DNA of 64,000 nt from Bugula neritina (Eukaryota; Animalia; Bryozoa). The stretch is from NCBI GenBank assembly GCA_964035545.1, contig OZ037770.1, positions 62,001-126,000 on the forward strand, read 5' to 3'. This document shows positions 1 to 14,300 of the stretch, in pieces; the first letter of the stretch is position 1, and each line of letters begins with the position of its first letter. Made by a program: the position numbers and the translations under genes. The notes under the pieces are model-generated. The model saw only the letters and a list, made by a program, of their open reading frames with translations. It made no database searches and had not been told where the DNA came from.

Positions 1-630
1 GAGTAAGTACAGGTAGAGAGAGTAAGTACAGGTAGAGAGAGTAAGTACAGGTAGAGAGAGTAAGTACATGTAGAGGTAAGTACAGGTAGAGAGAGTAAGT
101 ACAGGTAGAGAGAGTAAGTACAGGTAGAGAGAGTAAGTACAGGTAGAGAGAGTAAGTACATGTAGAGGTAAGTACAGGTAGAGAGAGTAAGTACAGGTAG
201 AGAGAGTAAGTACAGGTAGAGAGAGTAAGTACAGGTAGAGAGAGTAAGTACATGTAGAGGTAAGTACAGGTAGAGAGAGTAAGTACAGGTAGAGAGAGTA
301 AGTACAGGTAGAGAGAGTAAGTACAGGTAGAGAGAGTAAGTACATGTAGAGGTAAGTACAGGTAGAGAGAGTAAGTACAGGTAGAGAGAGTAAGTACAGG
401 TAGAGAGAGTAAGTACAGGTAGAGAGAGTAAGTACATGTAGAGGTAAGTACAGGTAGAGAGAGTAAGTACAGGTAGAGAGAGTAAGTACAGGTAGAGAGA
501 GTAAGTACAGGTAGAGAGAGTAAGTACAGGTAGAGAGAGTAAGTACAGGTAGAGAGAGTAAGTACAGGTAGAGAGAGTAAGTACAGGTAGAGAGAGTAAG
601 TACAGGTAGAGAGAGTAAGTACAGGTAGAG
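1..630. repeat. 19-bp minisatellite (gagtaagtacaggtagaga) in a NAV intron, with periodic 15-bp variant
   Basis: Visible tandem array beginning about 8 nt after the exon 640 donor. Confidence 0.95.
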
Positions 631-639
631 ATATCTCAC

Positions 640-1707
640 CTCAGTCTTTCTTGCTATTCTCTGCAGAGCTGAAGTATCAGTCTGAGTATTACTCTCAGTC
701 TTAGCTCTGTGTCCGGCCTGCATAGCCTGCTGCTGCAGCTTCTTAGCCTGGTTTATGTCATCCTTACTTTGATAGGGAGAATTAGATACGCTTGTAGATA
801 TCTTAGAGGAAGCTGAATGCGGTCTAAGAGGTTGACTAATCCCTGAAGTATGTTGATAGGCTGGTGGAGCTTTACCTAAGGAAGATGGTAGGTTGGAAGT
901 GGCTGGAGGTTGGATATTAGATGCTGGTAGACTGGATGCTGGTAGACTGGATGCTGGTAGACTGGATGGTGGTAGACTGGATGCTGGTAGACTGGATGCT
1001 GGTAGACTGGATGGTGGTAGACTGGATGGTAAAGGCGGAGGGATCTTCAACCTCACATTACCAGAGCTACTCTCCGAGTTCCCTTCAGGTCTCTGCTTGT
1101 CTACGGAACTTGAAGCGGGTTTTGAGCTGTAACTGAGTGCCTTTGGCAAAGTTCTCTCTTTCTTTGATATGACGGGGGAGTTAGTGGACGCCCGCAAAGC
1201 AGTCTGTCTGCTGAGTGCAGAGTCCTTGGTAGACAAGACCCTGGAAGACGGGAGAGAGTTGTTTCGGACCAGAGCTGACTCTCTAGACTCTGGTTTCCCC
1301 TCTGCAGGAGAGTGGATGCCAGAGTCACTGCTCAGTCTGTTTGCTGCCTTGCCGACAGCACTTGGTGCTTGAATACGGCACTTGGCTAGGTTCTCTCGAG
1401 ACGGAGTGCGACTGCGAGAGCTGATGCTGCCGCCCCGCGGTATGCTGCTGCTCAGCGGAGGCTTGGATATCTTGCTTTCCTCTTTCTTAGAGGTCTTGGA
1501 GGAAATCTTCTCCTTTTTGGTAACTGTGGCAGCCTTTGAACCTGACTTATCGTCGGGTCTGGACTTGGAGCTGGTGGAAGTTTTCTTTGATTTAAACAGT
1601 TTGTCGAGCATTCCAGGAGACTGTGCAGGTACGTTGCTAGAGAGAAGGGATGCCTGGTTACTGTTGCTAGGGAGAGGGGATGCCTGGTGACCGTTGCTAG
1701 AGGATAA
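640..1707 (-). CDS. NAV2: NAV large Ser/Pro/Lys-rich exon (356 codons)
   Basis: cttgcag acceptor at 1708, GAG|gtgaga donor at 639; length 1068 nt, phase 0; reads LSSSNGHQASPL...GMLDKLFKSKK...PPPLPSSLPPSSLPASS; missed by the ORF track because it lacks an initiator. Confidence 0.8.
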
Positions 1708-4700
1708 CTGCAAGACAAGAATAGATAGACAGATACACACTGCATAAGACAGTACATACAATATGCATGTGGAGTGTGCATACAGGGTTATATAATACAG
1801 TATAATAGAATATAATATACACAGGAGAAGTTATCCTACCTTGCCGGGAGTAGAAGTAGCAGAGCTGTTTGATTTACTTGAAATACCACTGTTTGCACTG
1901 ATTGAATTATTACTGTTGGAGTTTTCTAACCCCGTTTTCCTGGCTCCTGATCTCCCATTACTAAGTCCTATTTTACCTGCCATACAGAGAGCATAGAAGT
2001 AGCCGCAGTGATGTGAATACTGCCAGTCAGTGTAATGAGTCATGTATAATATAAAGTAGATAGAGTAGGAGCTGTGATACTCACTGGTAGTAGTGGTGGT
2101 AGTAGTGGTGGTAGTCGGTGAGACTGAATAGCCAGGAGTTGGACTGCTACTTCTACTAGAGATAGTTGAACCATTGCTCTGTCTTTGCCCTGCAACAGAT
2201 ACATCAGCATGACCTAGTAGGACAGGAAGTAGGTCAATAGTAAGTAGCTCACACATACAATGTACTGTCATGATCCTGCTTTATCATTCAGCACTTGCTG
2301 GGGAAGTTGTGAAATAATTAATTACTTTATTATACATATTTATAGATAACCGAGAAGCCCCAGCAACATTTTATAAAGTATCACTGCAATTACTGGACTA
2401 ATTGAACCTGCACACTGGACATTAATGCAGCTGTACATCTAGTATAACATGCAGAACTGATATACACTCACTATACTAGTACTTACTACTAACTACACAC
2501 TCACTATACTAGTACTAACAACTAACTACACACTCACTATACTAGTACTAACTACTAACTACACACTCACTATACTAGTACTAACTATTAACTACACACT
2601 CACTATACTAGTACTAACTACTGACTACACACTCACTATACTAGTACTAACTACTAACTACACACTCACTATACTAGTACTAACTACTAACTACACACTC
2701 ACTATACTAGTACTTACTACCTGAACAGAGAGGTAGACAGAAAGGCATACTATCTTGCAGAGGTTCACACAGCAAGCATACAAGTTACTGATATATCAAG
2801 TAGTGAGAAGCAGAGAACACGCAGCAAGTAGCGAGTGGCGAGTGGCGAGTAGCGAGTAGCGAGTAGCGAGTAGCACCTGCACGATATCTCACAACCAGAT
2901 ACTCAACATTATATAACAATATTTTCATACTGTAATCAAATACCTCCTTACAATGTAGCTTATGAATAGATGAAACTTCACATAATTCCTGTTATAATCC
3001 TAGTCAATCTATCAATTCAAAGTTCAATAGAAGCATTTAATTTATTTATTATTTTATATATGAAACATTTTCCTCAGTAATACTTTCATTTTAAAACAAA
3101 CCAACCCTTATTACATTTATATATCCACCCCTTACTGAATAATTTATATATCCGCCCCTTCTTGATCAATTTATATATCCACCCCTTATTGAACTGATGC
3201 CCAAAACGTAATACAGTGATGCTATCAATGAGGGATACTGTTACAACTATACAACTACCATAATACTAGTACTACTACTACCCTATTGAATCTATAGCTG
3301 TAAAGCAGTTCACTGAAACTGGTTGAATCACACTTGAAGGACTGCTAAGACAATAGACTGTAACTCTCACCTCTGTATCCAAAAGGACTACCTTGTTGGG
3401 GGGTGGATGACATTATCCCGACAGCAGCAAACAGGGGAGAGAATCTGGAGATTAGTTGAGGAGTAACAGACGAGTTGTGTGATGGAGAGTGTCAGTGATA
3501 GTGACAACACATAGCATTAGTATGATATATTAGTATGATATATTAGTATGATATATTAGTTAGATATGAGGGTACCCAGCTACCAGCAGAATGACTGTGA
3601 GTCAATTGTTGGTGAATATCATTATAATTAGTCTCCGTTATTACAGTCAGGTCAAAGGTCAAACCAGTGATTACACTTCCTGGTTAGGAGATGGTAAACT
3701 ATTCACAATAGAAGTTTGCTAAGGAATACTGGGTATAGCAGCTTGCTAAGGAATACTGAGTATAGCAGTTTGCTAAGGAATACTGAGTATAGCAGCTTGC
3801 TAAGGGATACGGAGTATAGCAGTTTGCTAAGGAATACTGTGTATAGCAGTTTGCTAAGGAATACTGTGTATAGCAGTTTGCTAAGGAGTACTGAGTATAG
3901 CAGTTTGCTAAGGAATACTGAGTATAGCAGTTTGCTAAGGAATACTGAGTATAGCAGCTTGCTAAGGAATACTGAGTATAGGAGTTTGCTAAGGAATACT
4001 GAGTATAGCAGTTTGCTAAGGAATACTGAGTATAGCAGTTTGCTAAGGAATACTGAGTATAGCAGTTTGCTAAGGGATACTGAGTATAGCAGTTTGCTAA
4101 GGAATACTGAGTATAGCAGTTTGCTAAGGAATACTGAGTATAGCAGTTTGCTAAGGAATACTGAGTATAGCAGCTTGCTAAGGAATACTGAGTATAGCAG
4201 TTTGCTAAGGAATACTGAGTATAGCAGTTTGCTAAGGAATACTGAGTATAGCAGTTTGCTGAGGAATACTGAGTATAGCAGTTTGCTAAGGGATACGGAG
4301 TATAGCAGTTTGCTAAGGAATACTGAGTATAGCAGTTTGCTAAGGAGTACTGAGTATAGCAGTTTGCTAAGGAATACTGAGTATAGCAGTTTGCTAAGGA
4401 ATACGGAGTATAGGAGGGTGTGACAACCATCATCACTCTGGTTATTATTTCTACTGGTGTTATGAATACCAGGAACATGATTCATGCTTTGATAAATCTC
4501 ATCAAAATCAAAAAGTACATATTTCACCACTTAGCCTATCAGATTCACTGTTACAGAAAATCTATTTCCTGCACAATATTACATGCATGTGCGAAAACTT
4601 GCCAACACCTAAACTTGCACAGCCAAGGAAAAGATCCACTGACTCCCTTACAGAGCTGACTTGTGGTAACCATTGGAAACAATAATTACCAGGAGATGAC

Positions 4701-7295
4701 AACTCCCACATATGATTATATGAGCTGATGATGCAGATTACATCTAACTTAGAGTACCTGCCAGGACACGTCAAGGGGAGAGTGAACAAGCAGTGCCCAC
4801 TGAATTAATGCCTCATTGTCTAACATTCACCCTTCCCATATTCCTGATATCTGATACACAAAAGAATAACCCAGCATGTATTGTAATTATCTGTCTAGCT
4901 ATTTGAAGTAATAAATTTATTGAATTAATTTTGTGTTGAATTGTTAATATGAGTGATTGAGATGAGTTAATGAGTTGGCAGGGGGCTGGCAGTCAACAAG
5001 TTCATCAGTTCATCTACCAGCTCTACACAGATCAAACCATACCATCCTTACACATAGTATAGTATACACAGTATAGTAATACACAGTATAGTAATACACA
5101 GTATAGTAATACACAGTATAGTAATACACAGTATAGTAATACACAGTATAGTAATACACAGTATAGTAATACACAGTATAGTAATATACAGTATAGTAAT
5201 ACACAGTATAGTAATACACAGTATAGTAATATACAGTATAGTAATACACAGTATAGTAATACACAGTATAGTATACAGTATAGTAATACACAGTATAGTA
5301 ATACACAGTATAGTAATATACAGTATAGTAATACACAGTATAGTAATACACAGTATAGTAATACACAATATAGTAATACACAGTATAGTAATACACAGTA
5401 TAGTAATACACAGTATAGTAATACACAGTATAGTAATACACAGTATAGTATACACAGTGTAGTAATACACAGTATAGTATACACAGTATATAGTTATACA
5501 CAGTATAGTAACACACAGTATAGTAATACACAGTATAGTAATACACAGTATAGTAATACACAGTATAGTAATACACAGTATAGTAATACACAGTATATAG
5601 TAATACACAGTATAGTAATACACAGTATAGTAATACACAGTATAGTAATACACAGTATAGTAATACACAGTATAGTAATACACAGTATAGTATACACAGT
5701 ATAGTAATACACAGTATAGTAATACACAGTATAGTAATACACAGTATAGTAATACACACAGCCTGTGCAATGGCTCTTGGAGAAGAAAAGATAACTTCAA
5801 ATAATATGCACATCACTATAATATACAAATATCACCATCACTTTACACAATCATTCAGTGCTGCAATAAACTTTCTACTAAGAAAAGTATTAGGAGTTTA
5901 ATAAAACTATAGACACCTATAAGTACGAACTAGTATAATCACTAATACTCACTACTACCTACTCACTACTACCTACTCACTACTACCCACTCACTACTAC
6001 CTACTCACTACTACCTACTCACTACTACCCACTCACTATCTACTCACTGCTACCTACTCATTACTACCTACTCACTACTACCCACTCACTATCTGCTCAC
6101 TACTACCTACTCACTACTACCCACTCACTACTATCTACTCACTACTACCCACTACCCACTCACTAGTAATTACTAACACTCACTAGTCACTCACTATACT
6201 ATAAGTACTATATGTACTATATATGTATATGTATATATATATACACACATGTATTTACAGACTTACCCGGAGGTATTAATCCGGACTTCTTATTGGCTGA
6301 TGCTGTAGGAATGGACTTGCCATTGGCTAATCCAGGAGTAGACAACTGCTTGTGAGAGCTGCTTGGTGCTCGGATGCCTGAGGGAGGAATTCTACAAGGA
6401 GAGAGAGTATTAGAGTAGAGTACAGAGTGAGAGGTATTCTACAAGGAGAGAGAGTATTAGAGTAGAGTAGAGAGTGAGAGGTATTCTACAAGGAGAAAGA
6501 GTATTAGAGTAGAGTACAGAGTGAGAGGTATTCTACAAGGAGAGAGAGTATTAGAGTAGAGTACAGAGTGAGAGATATTCTACAAGGAGAAAGAGTATTA
6601 GAGTAGAGTACAGAGTGAGAGGTATTCTACAAGGAGAAAGAGTATTAGAGTAGAGGACAGAGTGAGAGGTATTCTACAAGGAGAGAGAGTATTAGAGTAG
6701 AGTACAGAGTGAGAGGTATTCTACAAGGAGAGAGAGTATTAGAGTAGAGTACAGAGTGAGAGGTATTCTACAAGGAGAGAGAGTATTAGAGTAGAGTACA
6801 GAGTGAGAGGTATTCTACAAGGAGAAAGAGTATTAGAGTAGAGTAGAGAGTGAGAGGTATCATATATTATATATAGTGTGCACACTCACTTGCTGGACAT
6901 GCCTTGGAGTTGAGTCCCCTGTTTCTGCTGCTGACTCGCCTGTTTCTGCTGCTGCTTATACCGCGAGAGATTAAAGAAGAGTCCCAAAACACATTTCAGA
7001 TTTCCCTCTTTGATATCTGTAACACACACCAACAATAACCTCACTTATAGGTCGTTTCAACAGGAAAGTAGTGGACAGGCAACTGGTAGACAGGCAGGTG
7101 GTGGACAGGAAAGTAGTGGACAGGCAGGTGGTTGAGTGAAGGAGAGATTGTAGTGAAGGAGAGATTGTAGTGACTCACCAGCTGCTGTGAGGTCCTCTAT
7201 GAGAACTCCGAGTTCTTCAAGGTACTTGATACATCTAGTGATGTTGTTCAACTGTAGAATACAGAGAGAGAGGATACATACATATATAGAGAGGG

Positions 7296-7341
<46 letters not shown>

Positions 7342-8175
7342 ACAGAGAGAGAGAGAGAGGATACAGAGAGAGAGGATACAGAGAGAGAGGATACAGAGAG
7401 AGAGGATACAGAGAGAGAGGATACAGAGAGAGGATACAGAGAGAGAGGATACAGAGAGAGAGGATACAGAGAGAGAGGATACAGAGAGAGAGGATACAGA
7501 GAGAGAGGATATAGAGAGAGAGAGGATACAGAGCTGGTACTTAACAATGTCGCAGGAAAGAATAAATTATGCATAACAAATATTAGAGTGACATGGTTAT
7601 TACAGGCAATATAATTAATTGGAGGAGTAATGAATCATGACAAGTTGGTGTGTGGATGGTCAAAGGAGGCAGTGACTATGCAACTGATTCTTCTTCCAGT
7701 GTTAGTAGAAACTTAGTAGTTAGAAAATAGTGCCCTGGGTGATGTCAGTGACCAGCAAGTGATAAGGTTAGAGATGCTAAACCATATGTTAGATATGTTG
7801 ATATGTTGGCTTTATAGAACAGCTGGGAAGTGAATCAGTATGTAGTTTGTAGTTTCTAGGTCAGAGCACACACTGCATACTATTTGTATCATATAATAAT
7901 ATAATATGATAATAATATAATATGATAATATAATATGATAATAACACAATATAATAATATAATATAACGTTAATATATAATAACAATATACAGGAGGTGC
8001 ACTGTATTCAGTGTCTCATATAATTGTATCATGACTATATAGAGTTGAAAATATGTACAACCAATAAAAACTTCACACAATTTTCTGCTATGAAAATACT
8101 CATAAAAGTAGTAGTAGTGATAGTAGTAGTAGTACTAGTAGTAGTAGTAGTAGTAGTAGTATAGTAGTAGAAGTA

Positions 8176-8221
<46 letters not shown>

Positions 8222-8222
8222 C

Positions 8223-8301
<79 letters not shown>

Positions 8302-11300
8302 CTACTAGTACTACTACTAGTAGTGGTACTAGTAGTAGAGTACACTAACCAAGAGTTAGAAGAGTAGATGTTATCCAGGAGATACGAATCCGTAAGAACA
8401 GCTAACGCAGACAGGCATTTGAAAAGTAAGTTTGGTTGTTAATAAATAAGAGCTTAGAGTGAGAGAGATGTGTAGCAGAGATAGAGTAGATGTAGAGTAG
8501 AGATAGAGTAGGCAATAGAATGCTGATGGAGCTAATGCTGATGGAGCTAATGCTGAAGCTGTGATAGTGACTGGCTACTCACACATGTGCAATGCTCGCT
8601 GGAGGATACTATCTAAACAAGTGCTTATTGTTATAAACAAATAAATGAGTTAACATTCTGATGTGCACGAGATGCATCTCATTACAGACATTGAATGTAA
8701 TAAGGTAATCATTGTATTACGACTCCTCCGTAGTAATCAGAGAGAAATTCGAGCCCTCTATTAGCAATAAATCAATAAATATTAGCAACCAATCATAACA
8801 AACGGTGCAATATAATTACAGTCAACATCCAGACCCTAGCACATGCCTGACCTCAATTTCAAGTTGATTGCAGAGGACAAAGGCCTGAGTGAGAGGAAAG
8901 GCGTAGACTAAGTGCTTACCATTTGAGTTGAGTTTCTTGGGTTATAATTAATCCCATCCAGTGTGCTGTTAGCTAAAATATATGATGATAATGAAGTGTT
9001 ATGAAGACATGCACGTACACAATACAACAGCTCTCTAAACAGGCTATAATAACTCACTGACTGTACTATGTAAGAGTATAACAACTCACTCACTGTACTA
9101 TGTAAGAGTATAACAACTCACTGACTGTACTATGTAAGAGTATAATAACTCACTCACTGACTGTACTATGTAAGAGTATAACAACTCACTGACTGTACTA
9201 TGTAAGAGTATAACTCACTCACTGACTGTACTATGTAAGAGTATAACTCACTCACTGACTGTACTATGTAAGAGTATAACAACTCACTCACTGACTGTAC
9301 TATGTAAGAGTATAACAACTCACTCACTGTACTATGTAAGAGTATAACTCACTCACTGACTGTACTATGTAAGAGTATAACTCACTCACTGACTGTACTA
9401 TGTAAGAGTATAACAACTCACTCACTGACTGTACTATGTAAGAGTATAACAACTCACTCACTGTACTATGTAAGAGTATAACAACTCACTCACTGACTGT
9501 ACTATGTAAGAGTATAACAACTCACTCACTGACTGTACTATGTAAGAGTATAACTCACTCACTGACTGTACTATGTAAGAGTATAACAACTCACTCACTG
9601 ACTGTACTATGTAAGAGTATAACAACTCACTGACTGTACTATGTAAGAGTATAATAACTCACTGACTGTACTATGTAAGAGTATAACAACTCACTGACTG
9701 TACTATGTAAGAGTATAATAACTCACTCACTGACTGTACTATGTAAGAGTATAATAACTCACTCACTGACTGTACTATGTAAGAGTATAATAACTCACTC
9801 ACTGACTGTACTATGTAAGAGTATAATAACTCACTCACTGACTGTACTATGTAAGAGTATAACAACTCACTGACTGTACTATGTAAGAGTATAATAACTC
9901 ACTCACTGACTGTACTATGTAAGAGTATAATAACTCACTCACTGACTGTACTATGTAAGAGTATAACAACTCACTCACTGACTGTACTATGTAAGAGTAT
10001 AACAACTCACTCACTGACTGACTGTACTATGTAAGAGTATAATAACTCACTGACTGTACTATGTAAGAGTATAATAACTCACTCACTGACTGTACTATGT
10101 AAGAGTATAACAACTCACTCACTGACTGTACTATGTAAGAGTATAACAACTCACTCACTGACTGTACTATGTAAGACAAGAGGACACCGTCACTCAAGTC
10201 ACTCTGCAGGTTTTCTACTCTCTTCTGACACTTGGCTTTCTCAAGGTAATGATTTGCCCATTCGGTATAAATCTGCAACATTAAGTGTACAGAGTATACA
10301 TAGTATACAGAGTATACAGAGTATACTCTGTATACAGAGTATACAGAGTATACTCTGTATACAGAGTATACAGAGTATACAGAGTATGCAGAGTATACAG
10401 AGTATACTCTGTATACTCTGCATACTCTGCATACTCTGTATACTATGTATACTCTGTATACTCTGTATACTCTGCATACTCTGTATACTCTGTATACTCT
10501 GTATACTCTGTATACTCTGTATACTCTGTATACAGAGTATGCAGAGTATACATAGTATACAGAGTATACAGAGTATGCAGAGTATACAGAGTATACTCTG
10601 TATACAGAGTATACAGAGTATACTCTGTATACAGAGTATACAGAGTATACTCTGTATACAGAGTATACAGAGTATACAGAGTATACAGAGTATACAGAGT
10701 ATACAGTAGAGTATAAAGTATACAGAGTATACAGAGTATACAGAGTATACAGAGTAGACAGAGTAGACAGAGTATGCAGAGTATGCAGAGTATGCAGAGT
10801 ATGCAGAGTATGCAGAGTATACAGAGTATACAGAGAGAGGACAACTTCAACATATACAACATTATATTATTACTAGGTTTACCCTCACTGTGCAGGTGTA
10901 TTTCACAGCCGTATAAGATAATGCACATGACTATCTCAGCAAAACCCAAGTGTCCTGCACCAATACTAGAGGCAGTGCAGGAAACAAAGGCATTCTCTAG
11001 TACATGTGGAGAGAAAGAAAGGAGAGAAGGAGATACTGTGTATGACTTGAAGTGTCAGCAAAAATCACTTTGTTTACATTAAGGCACACCGATACTAGTC
11101 AAAGGGAAATAAGAAAGAATTGCTCCATATCATGTCGTCTGTCTGGTACCTGTAAGCCACTGGCTATGGCAGTAGAAAACAGCCTCTTAAGTACAGGAGA
11201 CTTCATTTTACACTGACTGTGAGACTTCTCTGTAAGCCCCCCACTTGCATTGCTCTGTGTGCAGACATCAGCATGCTCACTAGGACTATGCTCACTAGGA

Positions 11301-14300
11301 CTATGACCACTAGGACTATGACCACTAGGACTATGACCACTAGGGCTATTGCCGTTGTTACTCGTGTAGTCTGTATTCGTCTGTACGCTGTGTTTACCAC
11401 CGGCTGGTTTACGTCTCACTATCTTTCTCACATTACGAGGTGGGACTTCTGTCTCTCTAAACTCTTTCTCTGTCTCTCTAAACTCTCTCTCAACCTCTAC
11501 TTGTTCAGGAAAGTATATCCGTGACTCCATATACTCTCTGTGGTTAGATGCCTCTGTGTCCTTGAACTCCGCAGGAGGCGAGGTTATGGCCTCAAAGTAG
11601 CACCACTTCTCATCAAAGTCCACACCACGAGTTCTCAGACAGTCTGGGGACTGGAACCGCCGGGGTGTGGCGGGTGAACCAGGATTGCTGGAGCTTATGG
11701 AGCTGGAAGTTGTCTGCCTACGTTCAGGACTTGACCTTAGAATGACATTGAACGTGCTGCTACGGAGAGCTATAGTTTCAGTGTGAGAGCCGTCACTGAG
11801 ACAGGCAATGTCATCTAGTAGACTGCTCCCTGAAGTGCTACTGCCCACTAGATGGTCTCCTTCGTCACGTGTCTGTAGTGTCTCGCTGTGACAGCTGGTG
11901 GACTGGGAGGTGATGGTAGTATCGTAGCCACTGTCACACCCTGTACCACACTGGTTCACCTTAGTCTGTGACAGTACAGGACACCCACCTGGAGAGGTGT
12001 GTGACAGTACAGGACTCTCACCCGTAGAAGTGTCAATATCTTGAGTTGGCACGTTGACTGGCTTTAACCTGTTGAATCTGTTGATAGGGAACCTGTTGAT
12101 AGGGTTAGTATTGCCAGGGGACAGCTCATGCGTACCCACGGAACCCCAAAGCTCTGTTGAATAAGGTGAAGGCTCTACGTAGACTGAGGGGATGAGAGGA
12201 GTTATGATCTCCACATAGGAATGCTGAATCTCCTGCGAACTGAGCACGCTACCTTCTGTCCCGACACAGTTGTATAGTGTGTCCTTGACCTGCTGTGTGT
12301 CCTTGACCTGCTGTGTGTCCTTGACCTGCTGTGTGTCCTTGACCTGCTGTATGTCCTTGACCTGCTGTATGCCCTTGACTTGTCGTGTCTCCCACTCCTT
12401 GCTAACTTCATGACTGTTTATCTTAGGCATAGATTGTTTATATTCCAGAGTTGACAGCCAGCTGTGAGACATCAATAGCAGCAGGAAGAAACCGGCAGCA
12501 GGAAGTCAACAGTAGCAGCTGAGTCCACAGTATAGCAGCTGAGTCAACACTAGATAGAGTTGTTTAGATGTTCCACAGTAAGTGAATGGAGAGAGACTGT
12601 TACTTCTTTATTAGCCAAAACATTAGTTAACAATATTAATTGAAATAACAAATAGATAAATTAGAGAGAATCTGCTTGCCATGCAGAGAGAGAGTAATAG
12701 AATATCTATACAGTGTTATACAGCAAGCTGATGTACAAGAAGCTGATACACAGCAAGTTGATATACAACATATTACATGCTCCATTATTAACAATTCTAA
12801 CATCAATATTAAATCAATGAAACAGCATTAGACGAGTCACAGTCCACTTTCTTACACCACGTCACACTAGGGAGCACTCGTACACCGCTTCAAGCTACTC
12901 CATAAATTATATTTATCAATAATTATTATATTACATAGTATACCTACAGCATATAATATAGTATACAGTGTTATATAATATAGTATACAGTGTTATATAA
13001 TATAGTATACAGTGGTATATAATATAGTATACAGTGTTATATAATATAGTATACAGTGTTATATAATATAGTATACAGTGTTATATAATATAGTATACAG
13101 TGTTATATAATATAGTATACAGTGTTATATAATATAATATACAGTATTATATAATATAGTATACAGTGTTATATAATATAATATACAGTGGTATATAATA
13201 TATTATACAGTGTTATATAATATACTATACAGTGTTATATAATATAGTATACAGTGTTATATAATATAATATACAGTGGTATATAATATATTATACAGTG
13301 TTATATAATATACTATACAGTGTTATATAATATACTATACAGTGGTATATAATATAGTATACAGTGTTATATAATACAGTATACAGTGTTATATAATATA
13401 GTATACAGTGTTATATAATACAGTATACAGTGATATATAATACAGTATACAGTGTTACATATACAACATATACGTTACATAGTGTGCATACAAGGGTAGT
13501 AATTGACATACTAACATGTCAATTACTACAAATAATAGAAATGTATGCTATACATTAATATGAATAAAAGGTATGTTATAACACAATACAGAATATTGAT
13601 TTGGATATCATAAAATTCCTAGTTGACTTTCTAACAGATAACTGCCAATCAAACTGGTCAATAAAATCAATCATCAGTCTACACTACCTTACATAATATA
13701 TAATATAATATAACATAGAATATAACATAATATAATATATAATATAACATAGTATATAACATAATATAATATATAATATAACATAGTATATAACATAATA
13801 TAATATATAATATAACATAGTATATAACATAATATAATATATAATATCACATAATATATAATATAACATAACATAATATATATTATATGTAGATGTAGGT
13901 GATTAGTTGTACATCAGTTAGTGTGAATTGTTGTAGTACCTTAAGCATTGTGTGATTGTTAGTTTCCCACTGCCACTGCATTCTATTAAACACAACCCAC
14001 TGTCTCTATACTAGCCACACACTGCATATACTACACACTGCATATACTGCACACTATGTACTGCACACTGTGTAGTGTGTACTAGTAGCAGGTAGTAGCA
14101 GGTAGTGGCAGGTAGTGACAGCTAGTAGCAGCTAGTAGCAGGTAGTGGCAGCTAGTGGCAGGTAGTAGCAGGTAGTAGCAGGCAGTACAACACCTCGACT
14201 AGCACTGACTGCCCTGCCACTCCAGTGTCTGCTAATAGCTGACAAATTTAGCAAATATTATTATTAAGTTCCATAGCCTGGGCCCCTTCATACTGAGGGT

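Noticed and set aside
1-630. Possible telomeric or subtelomeric repeat at the window edge
   Set aside because: The unit is not TTAGGG/TTAGG-like and starts just inside a NAV intron; the gene must continue beyond it.
3699-5828. Long ORFs on both strands (YTQYSLANC, LLYSVFLSK, ILCIT repeats)
   Set aside because: Translations of 27-bp and 15-bp tandem arrays; stop-free only because of unit composition; no splice or homology support.
8349-8420. Exon-like segment ending in a gttagt donor within a NAV intron
   Set aside because: The frame needed to join the next phase-0 exon contains a stop; no support as coding.
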